A stretch of DNA of 64,000 nt from the human T2T-CHM13v2.0 reference genome, Homo sapiens, in assembly GCA_009914755.4 (NCBI GenBank), contig CP068257.2, positions 32,160,001 through 32,224,000 of the forward strand, in the 5' to 3' direction. Below are positions 30,601-45,451 of the stretch, piece after piece. The position numbers were made by a program, and so were the translations under genes. The notes under the pieces were generated by a model. It had not been told where the DNA came from. It did no database searches and was given only the letters and a program-made list of their open reading frames with translations. Every line of letters starts with the position of its first letter. Position 1 is the first letter of the stretch.

Positions 30601-31565
30601 TTCTTGATCATTACACTTTGCAGTCTTGACACTAAGTTATTGTGTGTTTGGCTCAAGCTCCTAACCCACTCCTGCCTGACATCACCTTTGGTCCTAGAAC
30701 CAAGGTGGCTGATCTTGACTATTGAACCTACTGAGAAGTCTGGCAGGACCTGGCTTGGATAGAGACAGCTATGTTTCCAGTGTGGAGCAAAGTTATAATG
30801 TGTCACCATATCACCAAAATGTAAACAAGGAAGGAAAGACATCTAGCCATTTGAGTTCAGCATAAAAGAAGATCCAAATGGGGGAAAATTTATCTTAAAT
30901 CCTCATCTAGAGAAACAGTTGGGGCTGCCCAGAAAAAGAACAGTAAGAACAAAACAATGACTGCAAAGTGGCTAGTGTGTTCATGTGGGTGTAAGTGTGA
31001 GCAGAAATGATAGAACTGTGAAGCCAAAAATTCAACCTTTGGAAGTGTTATTGCATTTTATACAAGGGAACTCCTTTTTTGGTTGTTTGGAGAATTCTCA
31101 GCTTTAAAAATTGCTTTTATCTGTGACAATAAAGATTCCCTAAAGTGGAGCAGCAAGCAGGCATCCCCTACTTGCTGAATATATTGTAAATAACAGGTAG
31201 AAATCAGAAGTAAGCCTTGCCTTGCATTCTGTTTTCTCCACCTCTACCCCAAACATTTGTTAATTCAAATAAGCTAATAAGTATTGAACCCTATTACTCA
31301 CTGTCCACTGAGTACATACAGATAGATGTTTGGTTTGTTTAATGTAATCATTTTTTGCTTTATTTTTAATTAATTTTTACTGAATACTTGAATGGATTAG
31401 ATAACTGGTATTTTTGTCAGATTTTTCCAAAATCATTGTTAAGACCCTGCCTACTCATGTCTGATTTCTAAGAAGCAACTTTAATTTCCAGTGAAGTGTT
31501 TGATGTTTTACTCCTTAGGCAGCATAGGAAGGGGTAAAAATAAGATATAAGGTTTCATAAGATAA

Positions 31566-31890
<325 letters not shown>

Positions 31891-32773
31891 CAAAAATAAA
31901 TTTCCCAATAGCAAATGTGATTGTCCTCCAAAGTCATTCTCCTGTTGCTCATAAAATAGTAGGGACAACTCGTAAAGAAAAGTAGAATCGTTTTGGCCAT
32001 TTTGGATGATCCATTTGAGTCAGAATTAAAATGCAAACCTTAAAAGCATTTGGCGTAATAAATGGCCTCTGTGAAATTTTTAAACAGTATAATCCTGGAT
32101 TTTCCTGTGCACTGAATATGCAAGTTAAATTTATACAAAAGAAAACTACAGGACCTTAATACAATTGATTATTGCTGTAAATAATGACTTCCTTAATTTT
32201 CTCATCATGTGTCTGTGGAGCTTTTAAATGCCTAAACACAGCAGCAGTCAGCTTTGCTTCTCGTGGAAACCATTTAAGGCCATGGTTTTTTTTTTTAAAT
32301 CTTCCTTGTCCTTATACTGAATAAATACTACTTAGTTATTGGAGGTTTTCAGAGTACTGAATTTATATTGATTGCACCCTTTGCTTTCAACTTTAAGTAA
32401 TAAACTCAAGTCAAATTATTTTTAATAATGACATGACTTTCTGATGAAGCCTGTTAAGTCACTTCCCAAATCAAAATATTTAAATTACATGCCTCAGGAC
32501 TCCAGGCACTTTGTCTCAACTGCCATTATTAGGACAGTTATGGGGTAAGGCTTTTTTAAAAAGTGCAGAGAATAAGAGCTTGAATTATAGTGCATTTTTT
32601 TTTTCAGCATTACTGCTTAGACTCTTTTCCCAGACACTTGGACTAAGATGAAGAGATTCCTATGCCATATGTCAATCTAAAGAGGGCAGAGGCTTGGGAC
32701 TTCACTGTAGTTGGGTGCTGGGTCTATTCAGGGGTTAATTTAGTTCTACTTAAAGCTGTGACTTTTTCCACAG

Positions 32774-33021
32774 GTGGATGAAAGCCAAACTGGAGAACCC
32801 GGCTGGCTTGGAGGAGAATTAAAAGGAAAGACAGGGTGGTTCCCTGCAAACTATGCAGAGAAAATCCCAGAAAATGAGGTTCCCGCTCCAGTGAAACCAG
32901 TGACTGATTCAACATCTGCCCCTGCCCCCAAACTGGCCTTGCGTGAGACCCCCGCCCCTTTGGCAGTAACCTCTTCAGAGCCCTCCACGACCCCTAATAA
33001 CTGGGCCGACTTCAGCTCCAC
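32774..33021 (+). CDS. ITSN1: ITSN1 exon encoding the C-terminal half of SH3A plus linker: [82 protein letters not shown](+AC)
   Basis: Acceptor is actttttccacAG. Donor is GTACGT at 33022. The split T codon is completed by the next exon. Confidence 0.9.
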
Positions 33022-34293
33022 GTACGTGTTGGTGGGCTCTTTCTGATGATTTTTGAAATCCCAATTTGATCATTTCCCCCCCACCCCCTTAAGTATTTTC
33101 ATAGTCTTGGATTGTCCTTCTATGTGAGGGAGCTGGCTCATTTTCAGTACTCCTTTCTCTAGCTGGCGAATTGGAGATTACAGTCCCTGAACTGGATTTA
33201 ATGATATCATTGTCTAACAGTGACTTACCATGGTACAAAATGAAGCCTGTTATCTTGTTTTGTTCAATAATGTATTTGTATCTATCATTCTTGTGGAAGA
33301 AGTGGAGAAATACAGTTTCCTAATAATCTATTTTGACATCCATGTCAGTCAGCAAATTTTCAGAGTTATTTCCTGCATGCAAATAGCACTTTTTTTTGCC
33401 AGGCAGAAGCAAAAATTGAATTCAGTCATGTGGTTCTGAATAAGATAGAAAGCTGTTTCCTTTAAAGCTTTCCACTTTCATTAATCTTATACAAATGTAC
33501 AGTAGAATGAAGAGGTGTTTGCACTTGGCCAGTTAGTTCTGTGCCCTGGTTCATCAGGAAATGGCATTTTAAAAACTGTGTGTAAGCAGAGGTTTGAAAT
33601 GATAGATGAAATGGTTGTTCAGACTTCCAGTTATAGGGCCATGACCTAGATGAGCAATTGTCTAAAAATATTTTATACTAGGATACAAGTATGAGTGATT
33701 TGAATAAGAAGTGTTTAAATTTTTTTTCAAGTCTAATCATCTTTCAGAAGAAACAAATTGAAGGCAAGGAATCCAGATGTATTGCTGGAGAAGGATCAGA
33801 TGGAACAAATAGAGGGAAGAAAGAATAATTACTCAGGGCGGGAGGAAGTGGAGGGAAGGATGTAAGGAATAGCAAGTTTTTCATACTTTATTTTCACATA
33901 AAAGGCTGAAGGCGCTAAAGAAGGTCCCCTCATCTAATCTCTGCTTTAAGAAAAAAAAGCCTTCCATTAGCTTGACTTCCAAGTTGAAACTTTTCCTTAC
34001 TCTTTTGGTCTTGACTGAAAAGTTCTGAGTTTTTAAACTAAAGCTTAGGCTAAAATAGAAGACTAATACCATATTTTCCAGGATTTGTTTTGCTGGGGAT
34101 CAAATCAGTATGCCTCTTCTTCAATATATGTATGGTGTGCAGTTCTCTTGCTATAATTATGGGCACCTTATTTTCCAAATGAAAAATCAGGAATTATTTT
34201 GATTTTCAGATTTGTTTGTATATCTTATAAGGATGTAAAAAGTAAATTGCCTTTAGATCTGCAGTCACACAGACATGTTTATCTAAAATTATT

Positions 34294-34597
34294 TTTTATT
34301 ATTTATTATTATTTTGAGACAGGGTCTCACTTCATCACCCAGGCTGGAGTGCAGTGGCATGACCATGGCTCACAGCACCCTTGACCTCCTGGGCTCAAGC
34401 AATACTCCTGCCTCAGCCTCCTAAGTAGCTGGGCCTACAGGTGCATGCCACCATGCCCAGCTAATTTTTAAGTTTTTTGTAGAGATGAGGTCTCACTATG
34501 TTGCCCAGGCTGATCTTGAACTCCCGAACTCAAGTGATCCTCCTGCCTTGGCCTCCCAAAGCGCTGGGATTAGAGGTATCAGCCACCATGCCCAGCC
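34294..34597 (-). mobile_element. Old Alu (J-like), antisense
   Basis: The TSD gtttatctaaaattatt lies at 34277..34293 and 34598..34614. The body runs from tttgagacagggtctcacttcatcacccaggctggagtgcagtgg to ...cagccaccatgcccagcc. Confidence 0.93.
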
Positions 34598-34911
34598 TGT
34601 TTATCTAAAATTATTAAAATCACAAAACTAGAACTGTCCCTGGGACCCAGGACAACTGGTTGCTGTCAGGATGCCACTTGTAATTGCTGTGGCATCTAGG
34701 CATACTACCAGGTACTTGCTGTAGAGTGCATGGGTCTGAGAAATGGTGTTGAGAAGCTCCAGCTCCATAGGTGGCATGTAGCTTTTTTTTTTCTCATTTA
34801 ACTATTGTTATTACAAATGATAATGATCATGTGAGGATGTTTCTCCGGGGCTTTGCAGTTACAGAGTATTTCCCTAGCCTGTATTTCATGTACCCTCACA
34901 ACTAACCTTAA

Positions 34912-35453
<542 letters not shown>

Positions 35454-35570
35454 CTCCTTGTTCTTTCACTGTAGAAAGCCACATTAAGTATACTAGGTTT
35501 GTGTTGCACAGGCTCATTGGTTGCCATCTTTTTCTTTTTTCTTTTTTTCCTCTTTTATTTATTTATTTAT

Positions 35571-35690
35571 TTTTTTGGTACTTTACTGTGGGTAAAAAGC
35601 TGGCATATTAGGGAGTGCTTGCTTTTTTTTTTTTTTGGTACTTTACTGTGGGTAAAAAGCTGGTATATTAGGGAGTGCTTGTTATTCATG
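35571..35690. repeat. Two tandem copies of a roughly 60-bp unit (ttttttggtactttactgtgggtaaaaagctgg[c/t]atattagggagtgcttg) lying 20 to 140 bp upstream of the 35712 acceptor
   Basis: Copy 1 is at about 35571..35630 and copy 2 at about 35631..35690. They differ by one or two mismatches and sit next to a long T/CT-rich tract at 35526..35575. Confidence 0.9.
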
Positions 35691-35711
35691 GTGTTGTGCT
35701 TTTCCCTCCAG

Positions 35712-35871
35712 GTGGCCCACCAGCACGAATGAGAAACCAGAAACGGATAACTGGGATGCATGGGCAGCCCAGCCCTCTCTCACCGTTCCAAGTGCCGGCC
35801 AGTTAAGGCAGAGGTCCGCCTTTACTCCAGCCACGGCCACTGGCTCCTCCCCGTCTCCTGTGCTAGGCCAG
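35712..35871 (+). CDS. ITSN1: ITSN1 linker exon: (T)[53 protein letters not shown]
   Basis: Acceptor is tgcttttccctccAG. Donor is GTAAAG at 35872. Length is 160 nt, made of 1 leading base plus 53 codons. Confidence 0.9.
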
Positions 35872-37705
35872 GTAAAGGCAGCCAGTGAGAGTGTGAAGAC
35901 TTAGCATGCTATCTAGTGCCAAAAACTTCAGCAAATGCTTTTTGGCAATGTCATTTTGAAGCAAGCCTTGTTATGTGTGTCTTGGTTGGCTGGCAGTATG
36001 GGAATCCAGTGCAGGAGCCAGAAATCTGCTGTGAATAGTTGGGAGTTGGGGGTGGGGGTGGGACACAGTCAACTTCTCCTGCCTGGGTTGATGAAGGAAG
36101 CTTCATTGCAGAAGTGGCACTTGAGCTGCATCTTGACCAGTGGGTAAGATCTTACTAGAAAATGGAGAGAGCCTGCCTGTCAGACAGAAACTGCTGGGAA
36201 GGCTCGAAGGCAGACAGTCAGAATGTATTTAAGGAAAATCACATACCCCTCCATTTGTCTAGACCATTGAGTTTTTTTTGGAAAAGGTAGACCAATTAAA
36301 GGTTAATGGGAGGCTCTGAAATGCCCTGCTCGGAAAGAATAATGTCTGAAAGGATAAAGGTGGTTATTCTGAATAGTTCTCTTTTGCTTAATACAATAAT
36401 GATAAAATACTCAAATTTCTATCAATAATCATGCCAAACAGCAAGTGCCCATCTGGGAGGCACTGGAGGTTCCAGCATCATTTCTGATCTGAGAACACCC
36501 AGATGGAACACAGGGTCTAGGCAGATCCATCTGGAGGAGCGGTGTGCAGGAAGATTAGAGTGGAGGGCCGGCAGGGCGGTGCCACCAGTCAGGGGGCTGT
36601 TGGTGTCACCCAGCTGAGACCTAGGGCAGGCCTGGACCCAGCTGAGTTCATGTTCACCAAGTAGGGAGGTGCCGGTGGAAGCAGAAGAGGCGAGCACGTG
36701 GGAGAGACTGCAGAGGAGAGTGAAGAGGTTGGAGTCACAATGCCTATGGGAGCCGAAGGAAAGGAAAGAGGGCTGGGATTGAGAATAAGGGCCCACCTTA
36801 AAGCGGGAAGGGAGAAAGGCAGAAAATGAAATGAATGCGCAGTTAAAGGGAAGAGTTGTGTTTTAGTTGTGTTGAGTTGAAGGTGAACGTGGGACCCTGT
36901 CTGGCAGGCTGTCGGAATATAGATCTGGAGGATGGAAGAGAGCACGAGACTGGGATTATAGATTGGAGCCATTCCCATAGAGAACATTATCGGATATCAG
37001 GAAATGTGTGAGGTCATCCAAGGAGAGGGAATACAGGGAGAAAATAGCAAATCCACAGGCACGTGTGTGTTCTGTGGTCTGGAAGAAGAAGAGGAGCTAC
37101 TCAGCAGGAAATGGTACTTTCCTTTGCATCTGTCCTAGCTCAGCATTTAGCACGTGTCACATGCTCAGTTAACAGTAACTCAGTGATGGGGTGGGGGTTT
37201 GTTCCAGAGAGTGGAGGTGGGGGATGGGAGGTTGCTTATGTTACTAAGTACCGTGGTCAGGGCAAAGAAGAGACCATTCATTGTGACAGGTAGAGCTTTG
37301 TAACCTGGGAAGGAGAAGGATGAAACCACACTGCAGGGGCGTAAAAGGAAATGAGCAGCAAGAAAGTGGAAAGATCTGCAAAAGGAAAGAGAAGGACCAG
37401 AGTGAGGGGCCTCGGGAAAGCAAGAACCAGCCATGTTGCCAGTGGAGATGGGAATGGAAAAGTGAAGTGTCAGAGGATATAGTTGGTATAAGGCAGAAAA
37501 CATTAAAAGCACAGAAAAGACAGGAGTCTTTTTCTTCTGGATGAGGAAGAGTGAAGAGATTGGAGAAGATAAAGCCAAGAAAAATGTTCAAGTTGGGCTG
37601 CATGATATTGTTCTCAGTGAGGAGGGAGCCTGGAGGGGCTGCGGAGTGTAGAAGAGGTTTGGGAGCAGGCGAATGAGGGATCCGACAAAGAAGAATGAAG
37701 AATTG

Positions 37706-38005
<300 letters not shown>

Positions 38006-38229
38006 GAATTGCCTGGCTTAATTTAACCTGAGTCCGTAATAGATCATTGCACATTGCCTCAGCTTTCTCTAGCAATGCTTCACAGCTTGGGACTAGGAAT
38101 AATAATAGTTATATAGCTCACCACTGTTATTTCTATCATAGCAATACTGTGCATGGATCTTACTAAACTTCCTTCCCCCTCCCCACCTACACACATCTTG
38201 CATTACCATGGGATTGCTAAACTTTAATA

Positions 38230-38370
38230 GCCTTTTGGAGAAAGTATCATCTCTACTTTACAGATGTGGAAATCGAGATTCAGAGAGATTAAACAGTTGC
38301 CAAAGCCAGAAAATTAGTAAGTGACAGACCTGGGATTCAAACCCAGAGTCCACATCCAGCCCAGGCTGGG
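38230..38370 (-). mobile_element. MIR fragment, reverse orientation
   Basis: ctttacagatgtggaaatcgagattcagagagattaaacagttgccaaagccagaaaattagtaagtgacagacctgggattcaaacccagag matches the MIR reverse complement (ttacagatgaggaaactgaggc.cagagaggttaagtgacttgcccaaggtcacacagctagtaagtggcagagctgggattcgaacccagg). Confidence 0.65.
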
Positions 38371-40065
38371 GTCATTAGGGCCCATCAATGTGAAAAGGTT
38401 GACAAAGCAGACACGGGGAAGATTTCTCAGGGGGAGAGATTCTGAAATACCAGTGAGGGCACAGTTGAAAGGCCAACCCTGGGGTCCATACGTAGAGAAA
38501 TCAGTGAAGTGGCGGAGAGGATTAGACAGTGCAGAAGGGCTGTGGGATGAGGAGCTACGCGGGCAGCAGGTCCACTGCAAGAGGGGGAAAATGGAAGGTC
38601 GAGAATATACAATCTTAGGGGTGTTCGAAATCCAGGGAAACCCCCTCAGCTCTGAGGGACTTGAAGGAGTGAATGTACAGCTAAGTGGAAGGAAATAGGA
38701 TAGGGATGTTGTGGGTTTAAGAAGGCAAGAACCCATGAAGACCAGGAATTAGAGGTTATCAACATAGATGCTGAAACTATTTGACCTGTTGTAAATTCTC
38801 TGCTCATCAGACATAATCATAACTTAATGTCAGTATAATATAAATGACTTCTAAAGGCATGTACAAATTGGTTCTGAAGTAACTCTCTCTAGGCATTATC
38901 TTTTGTTCTTGTCCATTCATATATATGATTGAAAGTTGGTGTTTCATTTTTTACTAAATGCTTTAAGATACTGTAATGGTTTAATGCTATAGCTTAAAAG
39001 ATAATAAATGCCTCACCCTGCCTTTCCAGCCTGACTTCCTCCTCCACCCCTCCATGAGACTAGGCCACATGCAGCCCCGGATTGTGCTTCTCTTCCCGGA
39101 CCCCCTGCAGTGTTCCACCTCGAGGCTTTTGCCCATGCTGCGCCCTCGGCCTGGAGTGCCCTTCCTCCGAAGCCCTAGCTGTCAAAGTCCTTCTCATCCT
39201 TCAAGGCCCATCTCAGATGCTGCCCCCTCTGTGAAATTTACGCTGATGCCCCCAGGCAGAATTCATCCCTGTTTTCTCTTTATTCCTGCAGTGAATAGTA
39301 GGAACTCCTTTTTAGTATATTTCATTCTGCCAGGTGGTACACTTGGTTGTTTTTATCTCTGTCTTCCCCATTACTTGTGAATTACCTGCTAGTAATACTG
39401 CCCATCTTTATAGTGCTTTGTGGTTAATAAAGTGCTTTTCCCTAAATTATCTGGGGGAGGCAGAGACTGTTTTTTTCATCTGTAATCTCATGGGGCAGTG
39501 CATGTAGATGTACAATAAATGGTAATTACAATGAATTTATGCTAACCAAATCCCTGTTTTCTCTGAAAAGGAACTAAAACAAGCATAATCCAGATAGGGC
39601 CTATTTCCCTGGGTCTACCTAATCTAAAATGCCAGTTAATGATCTCATGATAGTTCATAAAATGTCTGCTCCACTGTTAATCCTCCACTAAAAATGCCAG
39701 TCAAATTGGAAATGGGGAGGTGTCCCGGGCAACTTGAGAGTGAAAATAGAACCAAAATATAAAGGGCACACAGCCAGATGCAACAGAATAATTGTGACCT
39801 CCTGGCTTTTTGAAATAGAGAGTTCTAGATGGTCAGACAATGACTTTGTGAAGAGGCTGGAAGGCTTTGGCCTCCACTTTTGGAAATAAACAATTGTTGG
39901 GAAACAGTGAAGCATCCAGCCCTCCTGCTGTGCTGCCTCAGGGCCCTTTGTGGCTGTGTGTGCTTGTCTGGCCTGTGCTTGTTGGAGAGGTGCCATGCTC
40001 ACGTCTGCCCTAATTGATAACAAAGCGCAACATAACGAGAGGTCCTTTATGTTATTCCACACAAG

Positions 40066-40271
40066 GGTGAAAAGGTGGAGGGGCTACAAGCTCAAGCCCT
40101 ATATCCTTGGAGAGCCAAAAAAGACAACCACTTAAATTTTAACAAAAATGATGTCATCACCGTCCTGGAACAGCAAGACATGTGGTGGTTTGGAGAAGTT
40201 CAAGGTCAGAAGGGTTGGTTCCCCAAGTCTTACGTGAAACTCATTTCAGGGCCCATAAGGAAGTCTACAAG
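40066..40271 (+). CDS. ITSN1: ITSN1 SH3B exon: [68 protein letters not shown](+AG)
   Basis: Acceptor is ttattccacacaAG. Donor is GTATTT at 40272. A complete SH3 domain sits in this single exon. Confidence 0.9.
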
Positions 40272-41039
40272 GTATTTTTGTATTTATCTGCTTGTATTTG
40301 ATGAAAACAATATTAGGCGTTATATTACTGTTTGCACTAGTTAAGATTCACAGACAGGAGTTGCGGGATTAGTTTGTCTTCTAGATCTTTTAACTGCAAA
40401 AGTTATAGTATATAGAGTACCAAAAGGGAGCCTCTTATAGATAAGTGCATTCTTTCTTCTCTCATGAAAACCTATGTGCCTTGTTTTTCATTGCCTTATG
40501 CAAGAAGGAATTCAGCTCTGAGACCTGGAACACTCTTGTGCATTAGTTGGAGATTATGACTCTCTTTATGCTTATTACCCAGTGCTGTACCAGATATATG
40601 TGAATACTTGGAAACCCAAAGGATCTGGGGAAATGATCAGAAGGACTTAATTGTCTTTTTCATTAGGGTCTTATAGCATGGAACCTAAGGTTGTTAATTC
40701 CTCCAACCATATTGATGTTCAAAACAAATTATGAGCTTTAAAAGGATGAAAATAGCAAAAATATTCAATGAGCATCTCTCAGTCAGTCATGCCTTGAAAT
40801 AAACTAGTACATAAGCCATGTGTCCAGTATAGCAAAGTGCTGAAAAATAAGAATGCGAGCTTAGAGTCATGCCTCTGTAGTACCTTATTATGTGTTTTTA
40901 ACCTAGCTAAGTACAACTATTTCAGCTGTGGGTCGTTTAAAGTTTTAAAAGTTAAGCAGTTTTAACAGAAAAATCAGTGTCATTGTACGATTTTCTTTGA
41001 AGATAAAAATTAAAATACTCTCTTCTTCCATTATTGCAG

Positions 41040-41122
41040 CATGGATTCTGGTTCTTCAGAGAGTCCTGCTAGTCTAAAGCGAGTAGCCTCTCCAGCAGCC
41101 AAGCCGGTCGTTTCGGGAGAAG
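41040..41122 (+). CDS. ITSN1: ITSN1 SH3B-SH3C linker exon: (S)MDSGSSESPASLKRVASPAAKPVVSGE(+G)
   Basis: Acceptor is ctcttcttccattattgcAG. Donor is GTGAGG at 41123. Length is 83 nt. Confidence 0.88.
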
Positions 41123-41499
41123 GTGAGGGCCTGAGTTGTATTATGTTCTTCAGAAGGGTCAAGGACATTGTGTAAATGTTTGAAATGAGATTGAATTTCA
41201 TCTTAAGATAGACTGCATTTATGATCAGTATATTAAACTACAGTAAAATGTAAGTTTAGCTCTTTACAGAATCGGAGTACTTCATGGAAAATACTGTCAG
41301 GTATATTAATCATCAAAAACTGAATTTTCTAATTATATTTTATTATAAGCCCTTTGACTTTTAAAAGAGACCCATTCAGTTCACTAAGAATCGAGTTTTC
41401 CGAGCATCTCTATAGCTAAACTATGGTCATTGCTTCACCTAACATAGTCTAGTCTCATCTGACTTCATAGATAAGTATTTCGTTTTAAAAGTAACTACA

Positions 41500-41810
<311 letters not shown>

Positions 41811-42689
41811 AAAAGTAACTACACAGACCACTAGAGTTCTCATAGTAACATGAATGCCATCTGTACCATCCCAAATGAAACTGAAACTCAATTTCTGTGC
41901 TCCATGAAAACAATCAAACCAGACAATTTAGGACTAAAAAAAAAAAAATCATTTTGAGTATTTATTATGCAAATAATTGCCTTCTTTCTCAATCTCCACT
42001 TGGTGACATAATCCTAAATATTGTATGGATGCCAACTGAATAAAACTTAGGTAATTCAGGCCCTCATGGTAAAAATCTCACATCTTTTTTACATTCAATA
42101 CAGCCATCATCACATCCTAACTGGAGAGTGCTCCCTGAGTTAGATGGGTTTTCTGTGTAGACATCTGAGCAGTGTTGTAGTTAACAGATGCCATAACTAA
42201 CCAATTCTATAGTAATTCTTTATGGGTTCCTTGAATACATTACAGGAGAATAGAATGTTTTATTTAGTTTGTCTGCCATAATGAGATTGTTAACATTCCT
42301 TAGAAACCTTGCCCAGTGAAAAACAGAATTATTAAAACAGCTGTTTTAGGTGGAGACAGCAAGGATTAAGGTATAATGGTATTTCAGACTCACAGTAACA
42401 ATGTTCTTTTTTCAAGAGGTTTTTTAAAGTAAGAATTTTTTTTAGTTCATAGTATAGCTATAAAACCTTATCACTAAACAAATCCAGCATCTAATTTTTG
42501 CTATTACCATGAAAATGATTAACAGAGTTCCCTTTATACATTCTCATTATCTTAATGACTTTTTATCCACTGTTAGGGTAACAAGGCAAAAAGCTCCTTT
42601 AAATACCACATGCAGTCAGTTTAGTAAAAAGCAACTTATGCACCTCACCAAAAGATAAAGAAAAAAACTTTGGTGTGTTACATCCAATC

Positions 42690-42860
42690 AAGGCTCACTG
42701 GAGGGCTGGAGTTTGTATCTTGACTCACCCATCTAGTAACAGTATTATTTTGTTTATGCCTTAGCTTCTTTGTCTGTAAATTGGCCGTGATAACTACCCC
42801 TTGAGGTAGGAAATTATTACAAGGATAATGAGATAACATGCAGAAGGCTTTTAGAACAAA
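42690..42860 (+). mobile_element. MIR fragment
   Basis: cttctttgtctgtaaattggccgtgataactaccccttgaggtaggaaattattacaaggataatgagataacatgcagaaggctttt resembles the MIR core and 3' half. Confidence 0.55.
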
Positions 42861-45284
42861 GCTCAGTAAATGTCTGCTACTTTTATGTCGTTTTTGCTTC
42901 ATTCCCTGGATTAGTGATAAAGCCACATAAAGTATGAGCATCCTCATCCAATAGCAGTATGGAGGAGTGTTTGTTTGTTTTGAGACATGTACTGAGGACT
43001 CAATAAATAGGTCACAAGTGAACCATGCATGTACTTAAAATTGGGCAACATAATAGAGTTAAATTCTGATCTTAGTTTGTATTTATTACAGCCATTTTGA
43101 AATGACTTAGTTATTAGAAATATTTGGAAAGGTTGCTGGCTTTGTGAAGGGGTGGGAGGACATTAGAAATTCTGAGAAAAGCTATTTACATATATTAATG
43201 AGCCTTTTGTAAATACCACATTGAACATAATCAAATTTAAAGTAAACTGTAAACCAGATAAAATAGATGATTGGCTTGGGTTGCTTTTAAAATATTTAAA
43301 ATATTGGCTTGGGGATGGCCAGTGCCCTCTGTGGAATGTTTCCTGAGAAGGGGTAGCTAAAGAGGAACCTCTGCCTATCCATCATCATGTCTCTGGGTTT
43401 CATTGTCACCCTAAAGCCACTCTCAGATGTCTTTGTGCAAGGCAGGCAGGGCAAGGCCAGCCTCAGTCTTCCCAGTCTCCTTTATATTTTATACTGCAAT
43501 ACCAAGTTCAGCCAGAGTTCATGTTTCTGAAGTTTCTTAAGCATTTGGAAAGTTACTTCAAAATTTGGATCAATTTTAAAGAAAGTAACTTTGAAGTTGA
43601 GGAATCACTGGGGAAAGTATTGATGGCCAAGGATCCTGTCTTAAATGGCCAAATATGATCTAAAGAACAGTAACAGGGAGCAAAATGAAAAGGGAAGGGT
43701 GAGAGTATGGAGAAGTCAGAAAAATGAGTCTGTTAATGAAGAAAGAATGACCCTATTAAAGCCACCAAACTTTGATTTCCTTGTGTGGGAAATCATTTTT
43801 CCAATTTTCACTGTGGAGGTATGTGTTACCAGCGCCTCAGGGCTAAAGACAGAGAGTCTTCTGTTTTCCCTGGGACGTTTGAATGACCTGTGTCTGCCAT
43901 GGGGCCCAGTGCTCTCCACCAGCAATTGCTGCTGGCCTCGGCGCTGACAGGTCAACACTGGCGCTGAAGGAGGCCCTTGTTGCTCCAGGGGCTGCCCACG
44001 TGAGCACAAGAGTTAGAGGTTTTTGTGTTTTTGTCTGTTTGTTTTAGTTTTCATTAGTACCTCCTGCAGAGGCTCTGATAATCAACCGAAGGAGTTCTCC
44101 ATAAAAAATTCCTACCTCTTACTCAACACGAGGCTCGACATTAAAGGAACATCATCTGAGGTTTAGAGAGAAACATACATTGTCCATCATAAAAATGAAC
44201 TTTTTGGGTAAATGGTGATTTTTCTGTTGCTTTAAAAAAATACATACAAAAGCCTAGGATAAAATGGAGAAAAAGGGGAAATAAGAAACCTGTGCATCTT
44301 TCTGTAAATCTTTTATCCTGTACCTAGAACCTCCATCCAGGATTTTGTGTCTGGTGATCTTTCTGAGAGTGTGATTTGGTTCTAAGCCTTAATAAAATCC
44401 ACCAAGAGTGATGCAAAGTTCTACATCTAATTAAAAAGGAAAGTTTCTTCTGTAATGCACACCCTTCAAATTCAAGACACAAAGGAACATTAGTTCTTAT
44501 CCTTTAAGACTAAATTACATGAATAATAAAATGTGATAAACTGTGATTTGTCTTTTTAACTTGTTGAAAGGCTTTCTGGGATTGGGTTAGACATTCCTTT
44601 TATCATCAGTCCTCTCTACCTGTTTGTGCTCTTGAATGACAACTAGATGCCCATTTTTAACTAAACAATATGTGTAACTCATTTTGTGTTCTAACAGCTT
44701 CCTATCATATTGTGTATATGGCACAATAGGACATAAGTTTTCAGGCACTTCAATAAGGAAAAGTATGTCTTATTTAATTTATGCGAAGGATATATGCTAT
44801 CTAACAATTTTTTAAAAACCTGTGACGTAGTACCCTCAAAACTGAAATACACATATTTAATATGCTTACCAAGAGCCTGCATATGAATGCATCTGACCCA
44901 GTGCTCAGCACAGAGTAGGTATTGTGTAACTCTTAGTTAAAAATAAATGTAAAAACCATTTTCATTCAAAAAGAAATCATGATGCTAAATGGTAGATCAC
45001 TCTTAAATACTCAAGTGTCGGTAAACATGCAGTTGGGTTTTTTATTCCTGTGTCTGGGTCTTCCCAGGAATTGTCTCCCTGTCTGCAGCTACTGAACTTT
45101 TATGTGCACTGGGGGAATGTGGAGCCCAGGGCATTCTGCAGCTCTGTATTTTATCTGTGACTAGCCTTTCTCTTGAATGGATCTTGTCCTAACTTCCTTA
45201 TTCGTAAACTTGCTTTTGCAAAGCTGTCTGGGATTTCTTTAAACAATCAAGCTCTCTCCGTATCTCAATATTTCTCCCCACCAG

Positions 45285-45451
45285 AATTTATTGCCATGTA
45301 CACTTACGAGAGTTCTGAGCAAGGAGATTTAACCTTTCAGCAAGGGGATGTGATTTTGGTTACCAAGAAAGATGGTGACTGGTGGACAGGAACAGTGGGC
45401 GACAAGGCCGGAGTCTTCCCTTCTAACTATGTGAGGCTTAAAGATTCAGAG
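45285..45451 (+). CDS. ITSN1: ITSN1 SH3C exon: (E)[55 protein letters not shown]
   Basis: Acceptor is tatttctccccaccAG. Donor is GTAAAC at 45452. Length is 167 nt, made of 2 leading bases plus 55 codons. Confidence 0.9.

Noticed and set aside
36422-37603. Cluster of four overlapping 119 to 132-aa ORFs on the minus strand in a GC-rich, repeat-free block
   Set aside because: The + strand here is strongly purine-rich (AG-rich), so minus-strand stop codons, which are TTA, CTA and TCA on the plus strand, are rare by composition alone. The peptides are low-complexity and Pro/Ser/Leu-rich with no recognisable domain. The block is probably an ancient diverged repeat or unique intronic sequence.
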